Assembly: GCA_000091205.1 (NCBI GenBank)
Contig: AP006493.2
Strand: one strand, 5' to 3'
DNA: 64,000 bases
Source of the DNA: Cyanidioschyzon merolae
Taxonomy: Eukaryota
A program made the position numbers and the translations under genes. This document shows, piece after piece, positions 10,822-21,556 of this stretch. Under the pieces are notes generated by a model that saw only the letters and a program-made list of their open reading frames with translations, was not told where the DNA came from and did no database searches. The stretch's first letter is position 1, and each line of letters begins with the position of its first letter.

Positions 10822-13600
10822 CTAAATACGTTTCTTGCCATCATTGGCTGTACTTACTAGTGCAAGTGGCCCACGAACTTTCTCCATCCTTTCCATTTGC
10901 TCTTCCGTCAGTGCACCGTTCTTTGCTATTTCCTCAGGGCTCCGCTGACACTTTCCCATCTCAACCCTCTGAAGTGTACAACCCAGCTCGTGGCGTATAT
11001 ACGTTGTTTGAAATTCATCTACAGGTACTGTAACAAAACGCCGTGCACGCTCCTTGTTCACTCTCGTCTTTGGAGCTGGAGTAGTCCCTTTATGGGTCTT
11101 CCAGCGCCCTGCTCCGTATGCTAATACGAGCCTCTGACTTTCATCCTCTTTGAGAGCACTCAACTCATCGAAAAAATTCGCGAACGCCCGCTGCTTCCCA
11201 TTGTATAGATTCATTCGCAAACGAGCCCACCGGCGCTCGGTATACTCCTCCCACAGCGCATCCCAATGCGCAATGCGAACTTCCATGAATTTCCGAAAAG
11301 CGTCAAAGTCCGCTCCTCGGCTCGTCACCTCGCTCAAAGCTTCTAGGTGATCCTTCATTCCTGAATTCCAGCTCTCGATTTTCTTCCTCGCATTCATTAT
11401 ACCCGATTCTCGATAGTATCTCGCTATCGAGAACCTCAGTAGACGCATGTCTTCCCGACGTAAACTACCGTCAGTACCATCTTCCGCACACTTCGGTGCT
11501 GCGATGGTGATGATATTTGTGTTCCCAGCGTCCGCGCCAACGACAAAGTAGTTATGCTGCACTTTCTGTGTCGCTGGATCCGCCTCCTTCTTTTCTTCAT
11601 CCTTCACCGCGTCAAAGACAAGGTCGTTATCCTGCACCTTTTGCATCGCAGGATCCGCTTTTTTTTTTTCTTTTCTTCATGTTTCTTCACGGGCGCAGCC
11701 GAGGGCGGAACTGGACGATCTTTCTTCAACCGCTGATAGTGTACATTCAAGGCTACTCCATCGGTTTCGATCAACCCAGTGAATACCTTTTGTTTGCTGA
11801 CTTTGAGACGTTTGAAAGCGAAGATATTCTTCCAGTACGTCTCACGGGCTTCACCGGAGAACTCCTCCCTGCTAACATTGAACTCTGGACTGATCTCCCT
11901 AATGATGCCATGAAGGATTCTGGAGTCGATACTCACGAAATGTGACTTGAGGTTGCACAACAGAACGCCATTGAAGCGCTACCCCATTAGGACAGCCTCC
12001 CGTCTCTCCCACTCTTCATTTGTCTCTACACTCAGCTTCATTTCCGCCTTGCGTTCGAGCTCTCGGTCCAGAAACACGACATAGCGCAGAATGAGGCGAT
12101 AGTATCTTTCCTTATCTTTTTTCAACTCTGATATCTTTTCTGTTGGATTCGCCAGCCCCAAGACTGTACGGTGCTCTTGTCTAGCCGCACGGATTATAGA
12201 AGCTTCATTCGTGCTCCTGTGTCACTTTTTCTTGTCGACAAATTCGATCTCATCTTCATACTTTCGATCGTTCTTGATGCCACTGATAATCGCCCATTTT
12301 CCTTTGCGAGAGATGCCCGAGTAGAGTGCTAGCACGGCGTGTATCATGAAAAGTTCGAGGTTCACGATCGGTTGGTTCTTCAGATTCGTGAGGTACTTAA
12401 TCGCCCCATAGTCGTAAACATCCGAGTCACCCCTGTATCGGGTACCCTCGAAGCTATAAAAGGCATGTTTTCGTGCAGGGCGTGCACCAGCTCATTTTCC
12501 CTTCGCGCTTCCTCTGTGCCAAGCATCAGGTGACGAATAAAGGTCTTATCGAAAAACTCGTCCGGAATCTCGACCGTTTCCATGTGCGTCACTTCGCGAT
12601 ACACCTCACTCGCCAAATGCATCAGTCCTGACGACGCCTTGACAATACTCTTGGAGTATGACGCAACACGTCTTTCGATAGCGTCTCGCAACTTGTCCCT
12701 GTAGGGATCCTTGATATGTCCAAGAAGAAAGGTTTTCACCACCATCTCGTCGCACAGTTGTCATTCTTGCCGCTTACGACGTAGGGCCTCTCCATTTCGG
12801 TTCTACTTCTCTTCCTTTTCTTCTGGACCTGGTACTGTTTTTTGTTTTCTTCTGGCAGCCAGCGACACTGAGCCTCTAGGATCGTGGACTTGCTCTTCCA
12901 TAACTTTTCTTTTTTTAATTTTTTGAAAAAGAACGCTCTTTTACAGCTTGCGTCACACACCGCGAAAATTCACTTGAATGAACTTGCTTGAGGGCTGAAA
13001 CACAATTGAAATGAAAAAGTATTCTTTGCTACAACTTCAATGCAAATGCAACTTGTGTGTTGGAACAACAAGAAAAAGACTGGTTAGGATCGAGTTTCCC
13101 TTCAACGACACCGTGCATGTCGCGTCTCGTGACTGCCTTCTCCCCCAGATGCGCGTATCGAGCGCACCGTATAGGAAGAAAGGCAGAGACTCACGGTTCA
13201 CTATCAACGTTGTAACAGTATCTTCCTCCTCTATGATAAACGTTAAAAGGAGGGCAAATGTTTCCTTATTTTGGAAAGTTTACCATATAGGCGAAAGTTC
13301 CCGCGAGCTGTACGAGTCTGCTGGTGAATGCGGTGTGCGCCGCGCAGTGTACAAAATTCCATGCGCTTCCATGCGCTCAGCTGTGCTAGTAAGTAGAAAA
13401 GTCGTCAGTTACAGAGCACGTGTGTATGCCACTTGCAGATCCTGAAAAGGACAACTTCTTCACATTTTACGTGGGAGATGCAGGTTTAGATCTACTCCAA
13501 GTTATAGATTCTTCAAACCACAGGGTGACGCACCCATTCAATCACAGTCGTGGCTGCGAAAATGCAGCTTAATTGGATGCGATTTCATTGTTGTTCTAGA
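10553..13600 (-). mobile_element. Fanzor1-like (eukaryotic TnpB-like RuvC nuclease) element, family A copy A1; coding region about 10822..12960 is disrupted
   Basis: Minus-strand ORF pieces are homologous to A2 piece by piece: a K/R-rich region (12736..12960, ...QKKRKRSR...), MVVKTFLLGHIKDP..., ...GPANPTEKISELKKDKERYYRLILRY..., ...[15 protein letters not shown].... They include Ruv[17 protein letters not shown], the zinc-finger-like VPVDEFQTTYIRHELGC...KCQRSPEE, and RuvC-III FVNE-TLTPLSI, which is broken by a TAG and a 1-nt deletion relative to A2's FVNRDSNAAINI. There is also a tandem ~55-bp duplication plus a T11 tract at about 11600..11670. The about 190-nt 3' noncoding tail and about 900-bp 5' noncoding region are conserved with A2. 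Confidence 0.7.
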
Positions 13601-13618
13601 GGACTGTAGGCGCGGTGC

Positions 13619-14956
13619 TTATTGTACAGCATCAGGAGCGCGTGATCGGACCCAAGTGGATCGATTGCGTGACGTTCCATTCGCAGTCTCAGATCGAAGA
13701 GCGTCGTGGAATCGAAAACGATTCGATTTCAACAGTTCGTGGAAAGAACCAAACCTTAGATTCCCTTTGGTGCCTGCATACTCGTCCAGCGCACATGATG
13801 GTTCGCGATGTAAGATATTATACAGCGTATCCCGCTGAATAAGATATCGCTCGGGGCCAGCGGCAGTGGCGATGCGACGCATCTCACGCGGTGTCATAAC
13901 TTGTCCGTGTTTAGCACCAGCCGCACTCGAGATAGATTCATTCATCAGCGTGCCCCCAAGATCGTTGCAACCAGCCTGGAGAAGCCGAATAGTGCCTTCG
14001 GGTGATTCTTTCGGCCATGAACATTGAATATTGCGTATGCAATCACCCAGAACGATCCTTGATACAGCGTGCACCAAAAGGCGCTGTGCAGGTGATGGTC
14101 CATCTCTGCACTCTGCAAGGTATCGCGGATCATGTTCCCGACACATCGGTGCCTCCCAGTGAACAAACCCAAGCGGAACAAACTCTGTAAAGACTCCTAC
14201 CTCATGTTGGAGAGCTCGTATGGTGAGCAAATGCCGCGCGATATGTGCCGGAGTCTCTACGTGCCCAAACATAACAGTCGCAGTCATGCGCAAACCTGCG
14301 CTCAAGCGAGCTTCCTTTGCTATTCGAATCCACTGGGAAACAGTTATCCGCCCGGGAGATATCTTATCACGGATCTCTTGTACAAGAATTTCTGCAGCAG
14401 TTCCTGGAAGCGAATCCACACCGGCATCACGCAGTAGTTTCAAATATTCGTTTGTCGTCACGCCCCGAAGCTGAGCTCCGTAAAGCACCTCCTCTGGAGA
14501 GAAAGCATGCAAGTGAATGTTTGGAACCGCTTCCTTAATGCACGAAGCGACTCGCGTGTACAAGTCCGCACTTGCGCCGGGCGGCAGACCAGCTTGGACG
14601 CAAACTTCGGTCGCGCCCAAGTCCCGTGCCTCGCGTGCTCTCCTCGCGATTTCTTCAAGTGGCAAGTAATAAGTTTCAGACTTATGCATGCCCCTTGGGG
14701 TCCTGCTGAAAGCGCAAAATCCGCAACGCTTTATACAAGCGTTCGTGAAGTTAATATTCCTGTTTATTACAAAGCTCACCGCATCCCCAGTTTGCTCTCG
14801 GCGCAGCGCATCTGCTCTTTGAATAACTTCAGCAACATCATTTGGATCCTCCACGGAAAGCAGCGTAGTAACATGTTCTACTTCAAGCCTCTTTGGAGCC
14901 CTCCTCAGGAGCTCACGAACAGATGGCAAGCTCGTCCTCAGTACCCTACAGGGCAT
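13619..14956 (-). CDS. radical SAM enzyme, CofH-like (FO synthase subunit 2 family; MqnC/MqnE-related)
   Basis: 445-aa ORF starting with ATG. Radical SAM motif NINFTNACIKRCGFCAF. CofH-like motifs SLPGTAAEIL, GHVETPAHIARHLLTIRALQHEVGVFTEFVPLGFV. Confidence 0.65.
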   Translation of the reverse strand: MPCRVLRTSLPSVRELLRRAPKRLEVEHVTTLLSVEDPNDVAEVIQRADALRREQTGDAVSFVINRNINFTNACIKRCGFCAFSRTPRGMHKSETYYLPLEEIARRAREARDLGATEVCVQAGLPPGASADLYTRVASCIKEAVPNIHLHAFSPEEVLYGAQLRGVTTNEYLKLLRDAGVDSLPGTAAEILVQEIRDKISPGRITVSQWIRIAKEARLSAGLRMTATVMFGHVETPAHIARHLLTIRALQHEVGVFTEFVPLGFVHWEAPMCREHDPRYLAECRDGPSPAQRLLVHAVSRIVLGDCIRNIQCSWPKESPEGTIRLLQAGCNDLGGTLMNESISSAAGAKHGQVMTPREMRRIATAAGPERYLIQRDTLYNILHREPSCALDEYAGTKGNLRFGSFHELLKSNRFRFHDALRSETANGTSRNRSTWVRSRAPDAVQ

Positions 14957-15061
14957 CTTTTGTAAGGTTAATATCGTCGATTCAGTGATACGATCGCCTC
15001 GCCCGTCGCTCCCATCTGCAAACCTTGCGCGGTTCTACCTTCCACCGCGTTACGGTTACGG
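14957..15061. promoter_or_regulatory. 105-bp divergent intergenic region between the CofH-like gene (minus) and lycopene cyclase (plus); probable bidirectional promoter
   Basis: The start codons at 14956 (minus) and 15062 (plus) face away from each other with only 105 bp between them. Confidence 0.4.
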
Positions 15062-16576
15062 ATGTTTGTGGCTAACTTGCCAGAAACTGTGTATTCGAGA
15101 CGAGGCGTTTTGAAGTCACCCCAAAAGAGTGGCGTATGCTGGAAGCTCCCAAAAACTGCAAATGCGGCCCCGGTGAAATATTTGGAGAGGGACCGCCGGT
15201 TTCGAAAGCCGCAAGTAGCTGTTTGTTTGGAGGCTGGTCAAAGACTTTCCCAACAGGAAAACCCTCCAAAAGATACCTCGTCACTGTATTTCGATATTGC
15301 CATTGTAGGTGCGGGTCCCGCTGGCCTCGCACTGGCCGCAGAACTATCGGAGCTGAATCTCAGTTCTGAGTTGTCACCCGTCGGGAAAGTAGTGTCTATT
15401 GTTGTTGTAGAAAAGGATTTTTCTCGACGTTGGCTTCCAAATTATGGCGTATGGGTAGACGAGGTTGAGCATCTAGACATTAAAGACTGTTTCGCTGCTG
15501 TTTGGCCGAAGGTCGCTGTCTACCTGCCGCATAAAATCATCAAAAAAAGAGAATATGCCAGGATTGACAGGCAAAAATTGAAGCAGAAGCTGACTGCGAA
15601 GTGTCTTCGAAACGGGTCTGGCATCGTTCTCCAAGAAGGCGAGGTAAAAGGTTCCGACTTAGAGAAAGGCATCCTGAGACTTCGATGCACTAGTGCAAAC
15701 GGACAATTCTCGGAGCTCGAAATTCGAGCTCGAAGAATAGTTGATACAACAGGGCATAGCACCGTCCTGGTGAAATTTACGGAACCGCATCATCCAAGCT
15801 ATCAGGCAGCCTACGGAATAGAGGCACTCGTTGAATCGCATCCATTTCCGCTGGATGAAATGATTCTTATGGACTATCGTGAGCCATCATCGATTCAGAG
15901 ATTGCCCAAGGGACCGGATTCCTCGTACTATTCTGTACCCACATTCTTATACGCGATGCCCATGGCATCGGATAGAATATTCGTAGAGGAGACTTCTTTA
16001 ACTGCCAGACCAGCCGTCCCTTTCGAAGAGCTTCGCGATAGACTCTACAAGCGACTCAAAGATCTCGGAATAACTGTCAATTGTGCGCTCGAGGAAGAAT
16101 TTTGTTTGATTCCTATGGGCGGTTCGTTGCCGGACTTGGACCAGCCACTACTAGGATTTGGAGGAACGGCAGGTCTTGTTCACCCGGCAACGGGTTACAT
16201 GATGGCTAGAACTTTGAATCTGGCTCGACCGCTTGCACGTGCCATTTTTCTGCGGGAAGCTCGAAATTTGGAAACTAATCCTTGGAAAGAAGTACTTTGG
16301 ACCAGAACCAACGTAATTCAGCGTGATTTCTACACATTCGGTGGCGAGGTTCTACTTGATATGAATTTGAACGAAATTCAAGAATTTTTTGCAGCATTCT
16401 TCAAGCTCCGCGAAGAAGCCTGGAAGAATTTTTTGAGTTTCCGGCAACTTTCAGGGCAGGAACGCTTGGCGTTCGGATTAGGTGTCTTTTTGAAAACAAC
16501 GAACAAGGTTCGTTTCAAGCTGATTAGGAAGGCACTGCAGAACTGGCGTCCTCTTATAAGAAGCATTCTTAGCTAA
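15062..16576 (+). CDS. lycopene cyclase (CrtL / LCYB family), probably plastid-targeted
   Basis: 504-aa ORF. FAD/dinucleotide-binding motif DIAIVGAGPAGLALA. Lycopene-cyclase signatures NYGVWVDE and PTFLYAMPMASDRIFVEETSL. About 75 aa of N-terminal extension precede the Rossmann fold. Confidence 0.85.
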   Translation: MFVANLPETVYSRRGVLKSPQKSGVCWKLPKTANAAPVKYLERDRRFRKPQVAVCLEAGQRLSQQENPPKDTSSLYFDIAIVGAGPAGLALAAELSELNLSSELSPVGKVVSIVVVEKDFSRRWLPNYGVWVDEVEHLDIKDCFAAVWPKVAVYLPHKIIKKREYARIDRQKLKQKLTAKCLRNGSGIVLQEGEVKGSDLEKGILRLRCTSANGQFSELEIRARRIVDTTGHSTVLVKFTEPHHPSYQAAYGIEALVESHPFPLDEMILMDYREPSSIQRLPKGPDSSYYSVPTFLYAMPMASDRIFVEETSLTARPAVPFEELRDRLYKRLKDLGITVNCALEEEFCLIPMGGSLPDLDQPLLGFGGTAGLVHPATGYMMARTLNLARPLARAIFLREARNLETNPWKEVLWTRTNVIQRDFYTFGGEVLLDMNLNEIQEFFAAFFKLREEAWKNFLSFRQLSGQERLAFGLGVFLKTTNKVRFKLIRKALQNWRPLIRSILS

Positions 16577-17013
16577 AGTGAGAGATCGACATTCGCGTTT
16601 TGTTTATATCGTACGTGATATTCGTGTAACGAGCAGCAATCCAACCAGGCCCACTACACATAAGTGAGATTTAAGTGGAATTCTGAATTGCTCGCTTTTG
16701 TCCTGTCTATCGATTTTTCCTAACTTTTCTGAGGCCTTCGGCGTCGACATTAGAAGTACAGCAAGAAAAGCATAAGAATACATTTGGAGTTTTTTCGGAT
16801 TCTCGGCTGTCTTTCCAGAGGGGCTCATCCGACTCTTCGCAGCCGGATTCCAGTACGACAGCGGAACGAAGAAGAATCTCGACGCCCTCGAACAATATTT
16901 GGAATAATAAGAGATACACCATCTAACTTACTCATAGAAGCCTCCAGTCTTCTAATTTTCGTACCTGACGCATGCTCAAATGACGCATTCTTCAAGCATT
17001 CAATTTTTCTGTT

Positions 17014-17456
17014 TCAAGATAACTTGAGAGCGCAGTACATCACGCAACTGGATTGACGAGGAAAAACTCGACATCGTGCGTTGACGGCTTGCTCACAATC
17101 TGATGCCGAAATTTCAATGAACTCGTCACTCCAAATATAGATTTCGCCAAAAAGACAAATCCTGATCCATTTGTGGCCATTTATGAAACGGCATTCCACT
17201 GCAGGATGATACCTGTCACGAGTTACGCTCCCAGCCGCTTCCATATCGCTTCCATTTGCATGCAAAAGTGTACCGGACTTGAATTTTCTTCGTCGTGGTG
17301 ATCGCTTTCGGTGAAGAACGCGCCATCAGTTTGCTCGACGAGAACGATGAGACGTAAACCTTGCGACGTGAGCCCCAGTCTGGACTTTTCTCCGGGTCCT
17401 TGTTTCATCATGTACAAAATCGCATTTCTTAAATTCTTTTTGCTCAGAAATTTCAA
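17014..17456 (-). CDS. possible longin/sedlin (TRAPPC2)-like protein split across two overlapping ORFs (frameshift or short intron)
   Basis: 17223..17456 encodes ...LRLIVLVEQTDGAFFTESDHHDEEN...; 17014..17265 encodes ...FINGHKWIRICLFGEIYIWSDEFIEIS.... They sit in sedlin-like order but the similarity is weak. Confidence 0.2.
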
Positions 17457-18128
17457 GGTCTGGCGCGTATTGCGGACAGCATCTTCGCCGAAGATCGCTA
17501 AGCAGAAGCCTGTGATCGTAGGGAACGGCGCAGAGCATAGAAAAGGAAGAAAATATTGACGCGAGCCTCATATACCTTTCAAGTGCATGTACCGGGCGGT
17601 GCAGCAAGCGCCACACGCCACAGAGCATCGCTCCGAGGAGGTGTTGTTGTGGGCTTCTGCGAGCACCGGACCAAAACCCAAGTCTCGCAGCGGCGCAGGG
17701 CGCACCAGGGCTTTACAATGAGAGGGTAATAATGGCAAGCAAAGCGCAGATCGCAACTGTTGTCTTTAAATGGAATACGTCCACAAACGTGGAAAGCCGC
17801 GAACGAGAGGAAGCCATACTGAGATCAACATCCTTCGACCGCTACAGTGGAACTGAAGGGACTGAGGAGTCTACCGTATCGAAAGCCAAAAATAACCGAA
17901 AGAAAATGGAAGCAGCTGCAGTGAGTGCTCGGAAGAATTCTGTTGCCGGCAACGGGAGTAGACTTCAACGTTACAGTGCACGCTCGTGTCAGATAAATGA
18001 ACGCGTCCCATTGAATCCTGATATGATTGAAATTAAAAATTGATCACGGAATTGTTACCGCAGAAGAGCGAGGAATCGCCGCGCAATATTTCAATTTGAG
18101 ATCGAACACATTGCAGTTCTCCGCTAGG

Positions 18129-18581
18129 ATGCTACTGAAAGCCGCTCGACTGTGGCATTGCGTCGTTTTTGGAGCCAGCGTCCAGCGTTCGTCACGAAGA
18201 GTAGGTCCAATAGCGGAATACTCACCTCGTCCTCGCTGTCCTGAGGACTGGCCTATAGCCCAGTTCAGCAGGGAAGCGGAGGAACTTTTGCAGCAGCTTG
18301 GAGATCAAGTCTATGACACCTTTCAGGGTAGGACGGACGTCGACGTTGAGTTTTCTCAAGGCGTTCTGACACTTAGGTTTCCGAACGGAACTTTTGTCTT
18401 GAATACGCAGACTCCGAATCGACAAATATGGCTATCGTCTCCTCTAAGCGGACCAGCTAGGTACTATTATGATCTTGATACAGGAAAGTGGCGCAACTCT
18501 AGAGACGATCATATGCTTGTGGATCGCCTTCAGAAAGATCTCGCCGTGTTTACGGGCTGCAACATTCAGTTAAATCTTTAA
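18129..18581 (+). CDS. frataxin (CyaY family), mitochondrial
   Basis: The C-terminal domain matches the frataxin fold: GVLTLRFPNGTFVLNTQTPNRQIWLSSPLSGPARYYYD. The first in-frame ATG is at 18129; the tracked ORF starts on TTG at 18027. The N-terminal region resembles a mitochondrial targeting peptide. Confidence 0.8.
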   Translation: MLLKAARLWHCVVFGASVQRSSRRVGPIAEYSPRPRCPEDWPIAQFSREAEELLQQLGDQVYDTFQGRTDVDVEFSQGVLTLRFPNGTFVLNTQTPNRQIWLSSPLSGPARYYYDLDTGKWRNSRDDHMLVDRLQKDLAVFTGCNIQLNL

Positions 18582-19329
18582 GCAGCGTAGCAAAAAAAGA
18601 GCATCAAGTTGCACAGTGGTTTAGAGCGTCAGCGCTCCTACAAGGCGTGTGCAGTCGCCGGTCACATTACTCTGTCTTGAATTTTTTTCAGTCTCTGGTT
18701 CGTGCACTGTATCAACAGGAGTTTTACTGAAGCAAGTGAACAGCGGTAAATATATTTGGAAAGAGCTTCTCTCTGCTTGGCGATCAGTTAAGTTTTTCTG
18801 TACAGCACGCACCTAATCCAGAGACCGTTTCCCCGTAGAGCAATGGGGTGCAGGACATCTGCCCTTACGAGCGGGCAAGGGTATGGCGCAAGTGCTTCCA
18901 TAACGTTGTTGTTAAAGCATCCATTTTGCAGAGCGCATTGTCTGAAATAGATCCGATTTTTTTCCTTCTTGTAGCTATGCGCAGAGCAGGTAATTCTGGA
19001 ACACCTGTGCCAGCGCTCTTCTCCCGTATTTGTTTGTTATTATCACAGGCATTCAACCAACTTTAAGTATCCCTTGGATCGAAGAACCGTCGCAGAAAGA
19101 TCTACTGCTGTCAATGCTCGCATGCGAGAAGCGACTTTACTTTTACATGTCAGTTCCTCTGCGATCAGATGATAGATGAACCATCTAGATCGTAGTCCCT
19201 TTGCTTAACTTCATAAATTCGAAAGGAACTAGTCGGCCTCTGTCTTCATGGATGTCACCCTCCCCAATTAGTTTATTCATCTTCAGACATTGCCTAGGTA
19301 ATACAAGCAAAGAAGTCACAGGATGCGAT

Positions 19330-21175
19330 TTTCCGTACCGTTGTTGCGAACGGTGATGAACAGACAGGGGTGGAGAATGAAAAATGTATGCTTCTATGGA
19401 AGAGCGTCACGCGTTGTTCTATGCAATATCCACTTCGTTCCGAAACGCGAGCGCTTATCCATTTGCGTGATCGCCTACACATTGCGACGCGCCCAAGTCC
19501 GTGATCCACTTTATCCTGCGCGTGATCACTTCGTGACTTCTACTTTCCAAATTCGAATATCCAGCTCATTGTCAATGTTGGATCGCGTCAATCAACGGCG
19601 GTCAAAGTGTACGCAGCTGAGAATGGAGTTCTGCTGTTACTTGTGCCAGCATGTGCTCCCCCGCTCGATGCAGTTGAAGGCATCTTCTCTGTTGCCGAAC
19701 GCAGATTTGCGCTCACAGTTAAGCAGAGGAGTCGTTCGCGTCTGCGACAACTTTTGTCGACAAATCACTCTCTACATTTAGCCGCCTTGAACTGCTGTAC
19801 TAGTTGTCTACTCAAGGGAGACAGGTACCGGAAAGCGTGTCCGTCCATAGATACTTTGCGACGGAGATTGCGACGGATATGTGCTTGAGGAAGTTCAAAT
19901 ATATACCTTGAAAAAAGAGGAGGGTTTCAATCGAAATTTGCACACAAAGCATCTTAATCCCAAGTACGGATATGGAGACGGAATACATTGCCCAAATCCA
20001 GGCTATGCCGCCAACAAGAAGAGAAGCCGATGAAGGAAACGTTCTTATTGCGCGAATATGAAGCACGCAAGCGACTTCGTGAAGAGCATATGCCGAGCGC
20101 GTTCATGAATTCTCTTTTACTAGGAGCAAATTGAGAAAAGTTCACAGGCACCATCCCTCCGATGAAAAACAAATCTGCATATATTCTGTGGGAACCAGGT
20201 ATGAGTCGCGAAACGATACACATTAGCATGCATTCAAATTATATGAACAGAGAGATTCTATGGTGCACGTGATTCTAGAGTTGAACCCCGCCATGCCCCT
20301 TGCAATACCCAGGAAATCAAGATGACAGGCTCAAAGACCGTACAGGAACGCAGATGAAGCTGATCAACTTTGCTGGACTCGGTATTATCGTGAATTGAGC
20401 ACTGCGAAGACCAAGAGACCTACCAGCAATAAAAATGACGGCTTCAGGATCCATTTCGACGATCTGAGCAACTCATGGAGGAGAGCGGATTGCCTCGACC
20501 GTTTCATTCAGAAAGTTAGTGAGCGAGCAAATGGCTTCTGCGGACGATCTTGCACAGGCGTTTGAAACACCGCGCTATCTTCGCCCGCGGTGTCAGCATT
20601 ACGAAGGCCAGAAGCGCGCTTACGCCAACTTCTTCGATATTTTGAAAGTAAATGATCACGATGTCGCTTGGTATCATGTTAGCCGATGGCGCTGAGCATG
20701 CGCGAACACTCCAATGCTGCTGTCCTGCTCCTTCGACTGGAGCTTACAACTAGTGCGAGAACTGATTCTTCATCATGACCATCGATTTGCTCAGGACGAT
20801 GCACACGCATCCTGAGCACAGGTGCACGCTGAAACAGGCAGAGAAAAAACGCGTGAGATGGAGGCGGATGCATGAGCTTGTGCAGGGTAAGCTTTCCGAG
20901 CATCAGATGTCGATGCAGTCGAGGTTTCGAGGCTCGCTACAGTGTGCTTTCACCACCAACCAAGCGTGCAAGCAGTTTCCGCGTCGAGACTTGAACGCCA
21001 CGATAAACATCTGTAGATTCCTAGAAGTGCGAGCGCGTCCAGCAGATTTGTGTCGAGTGAATGTGTGATGTAGTTGTGTTGTACTCAATGAGCGCATTAC
21101 ATGGAAAGCGGAAGACTTTGGATAATATAGTTTGGTGACTAGGAGAGATTCATTGCATGCACGCCTGAAGCAACC
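19330..21175 (+). mobile_element. family C Fanzor-like element, degenerate/internally deleted copy C1 (the 3' fragment 20683..21175 is clear; the 5' part is weaker)
   Basis: 20683..21175 is the reverse complement of C2 24815..25310 and contains the ORF ...RRDLNATINICRFLEVRARPADLCRVNV* (RuvC-III-like). 19430..19560 encodes LSICVIAYTLRRAQVRDPLYPARDHF, homologous to C2's LFICMIAYISRNGQVRSSLHPAREDF. Confidence 0.5.
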
Positions 21176-21556
21176 CAATATTCTTCGTTGCGCTGATCAG
21201 ATTAGCAAGGCCGGAGCAATGTGTACGTATATCAGGAAAGATTTTGCGAGGCGATTGTTGAACGATAACTGCGTTCAATTATTCGACATTACTGAGTGTA
21301 GGGCTAACCCACCGAGCATTTTTCTTTCCATGCGCTACTCTGGTTACTGAACCCTGTCCTTTGCTGCTCAAGCAAAGCTCTTTGCTCTATGGTGTAGCAG
21401 ATAACTTCCGAGTACGCTCCTCCAATCTCTAAATTTTCGGGTAACGATCCTACCGTCTTGAGCTTTTTGTTCACTTAGCGCCAAATTCTTTGAAAAAACG
21501 ACTCTATCCGCGGATTCTTCAAGGTTTCTCTTTAATGTGGCCAATAGAGTTTTCCA

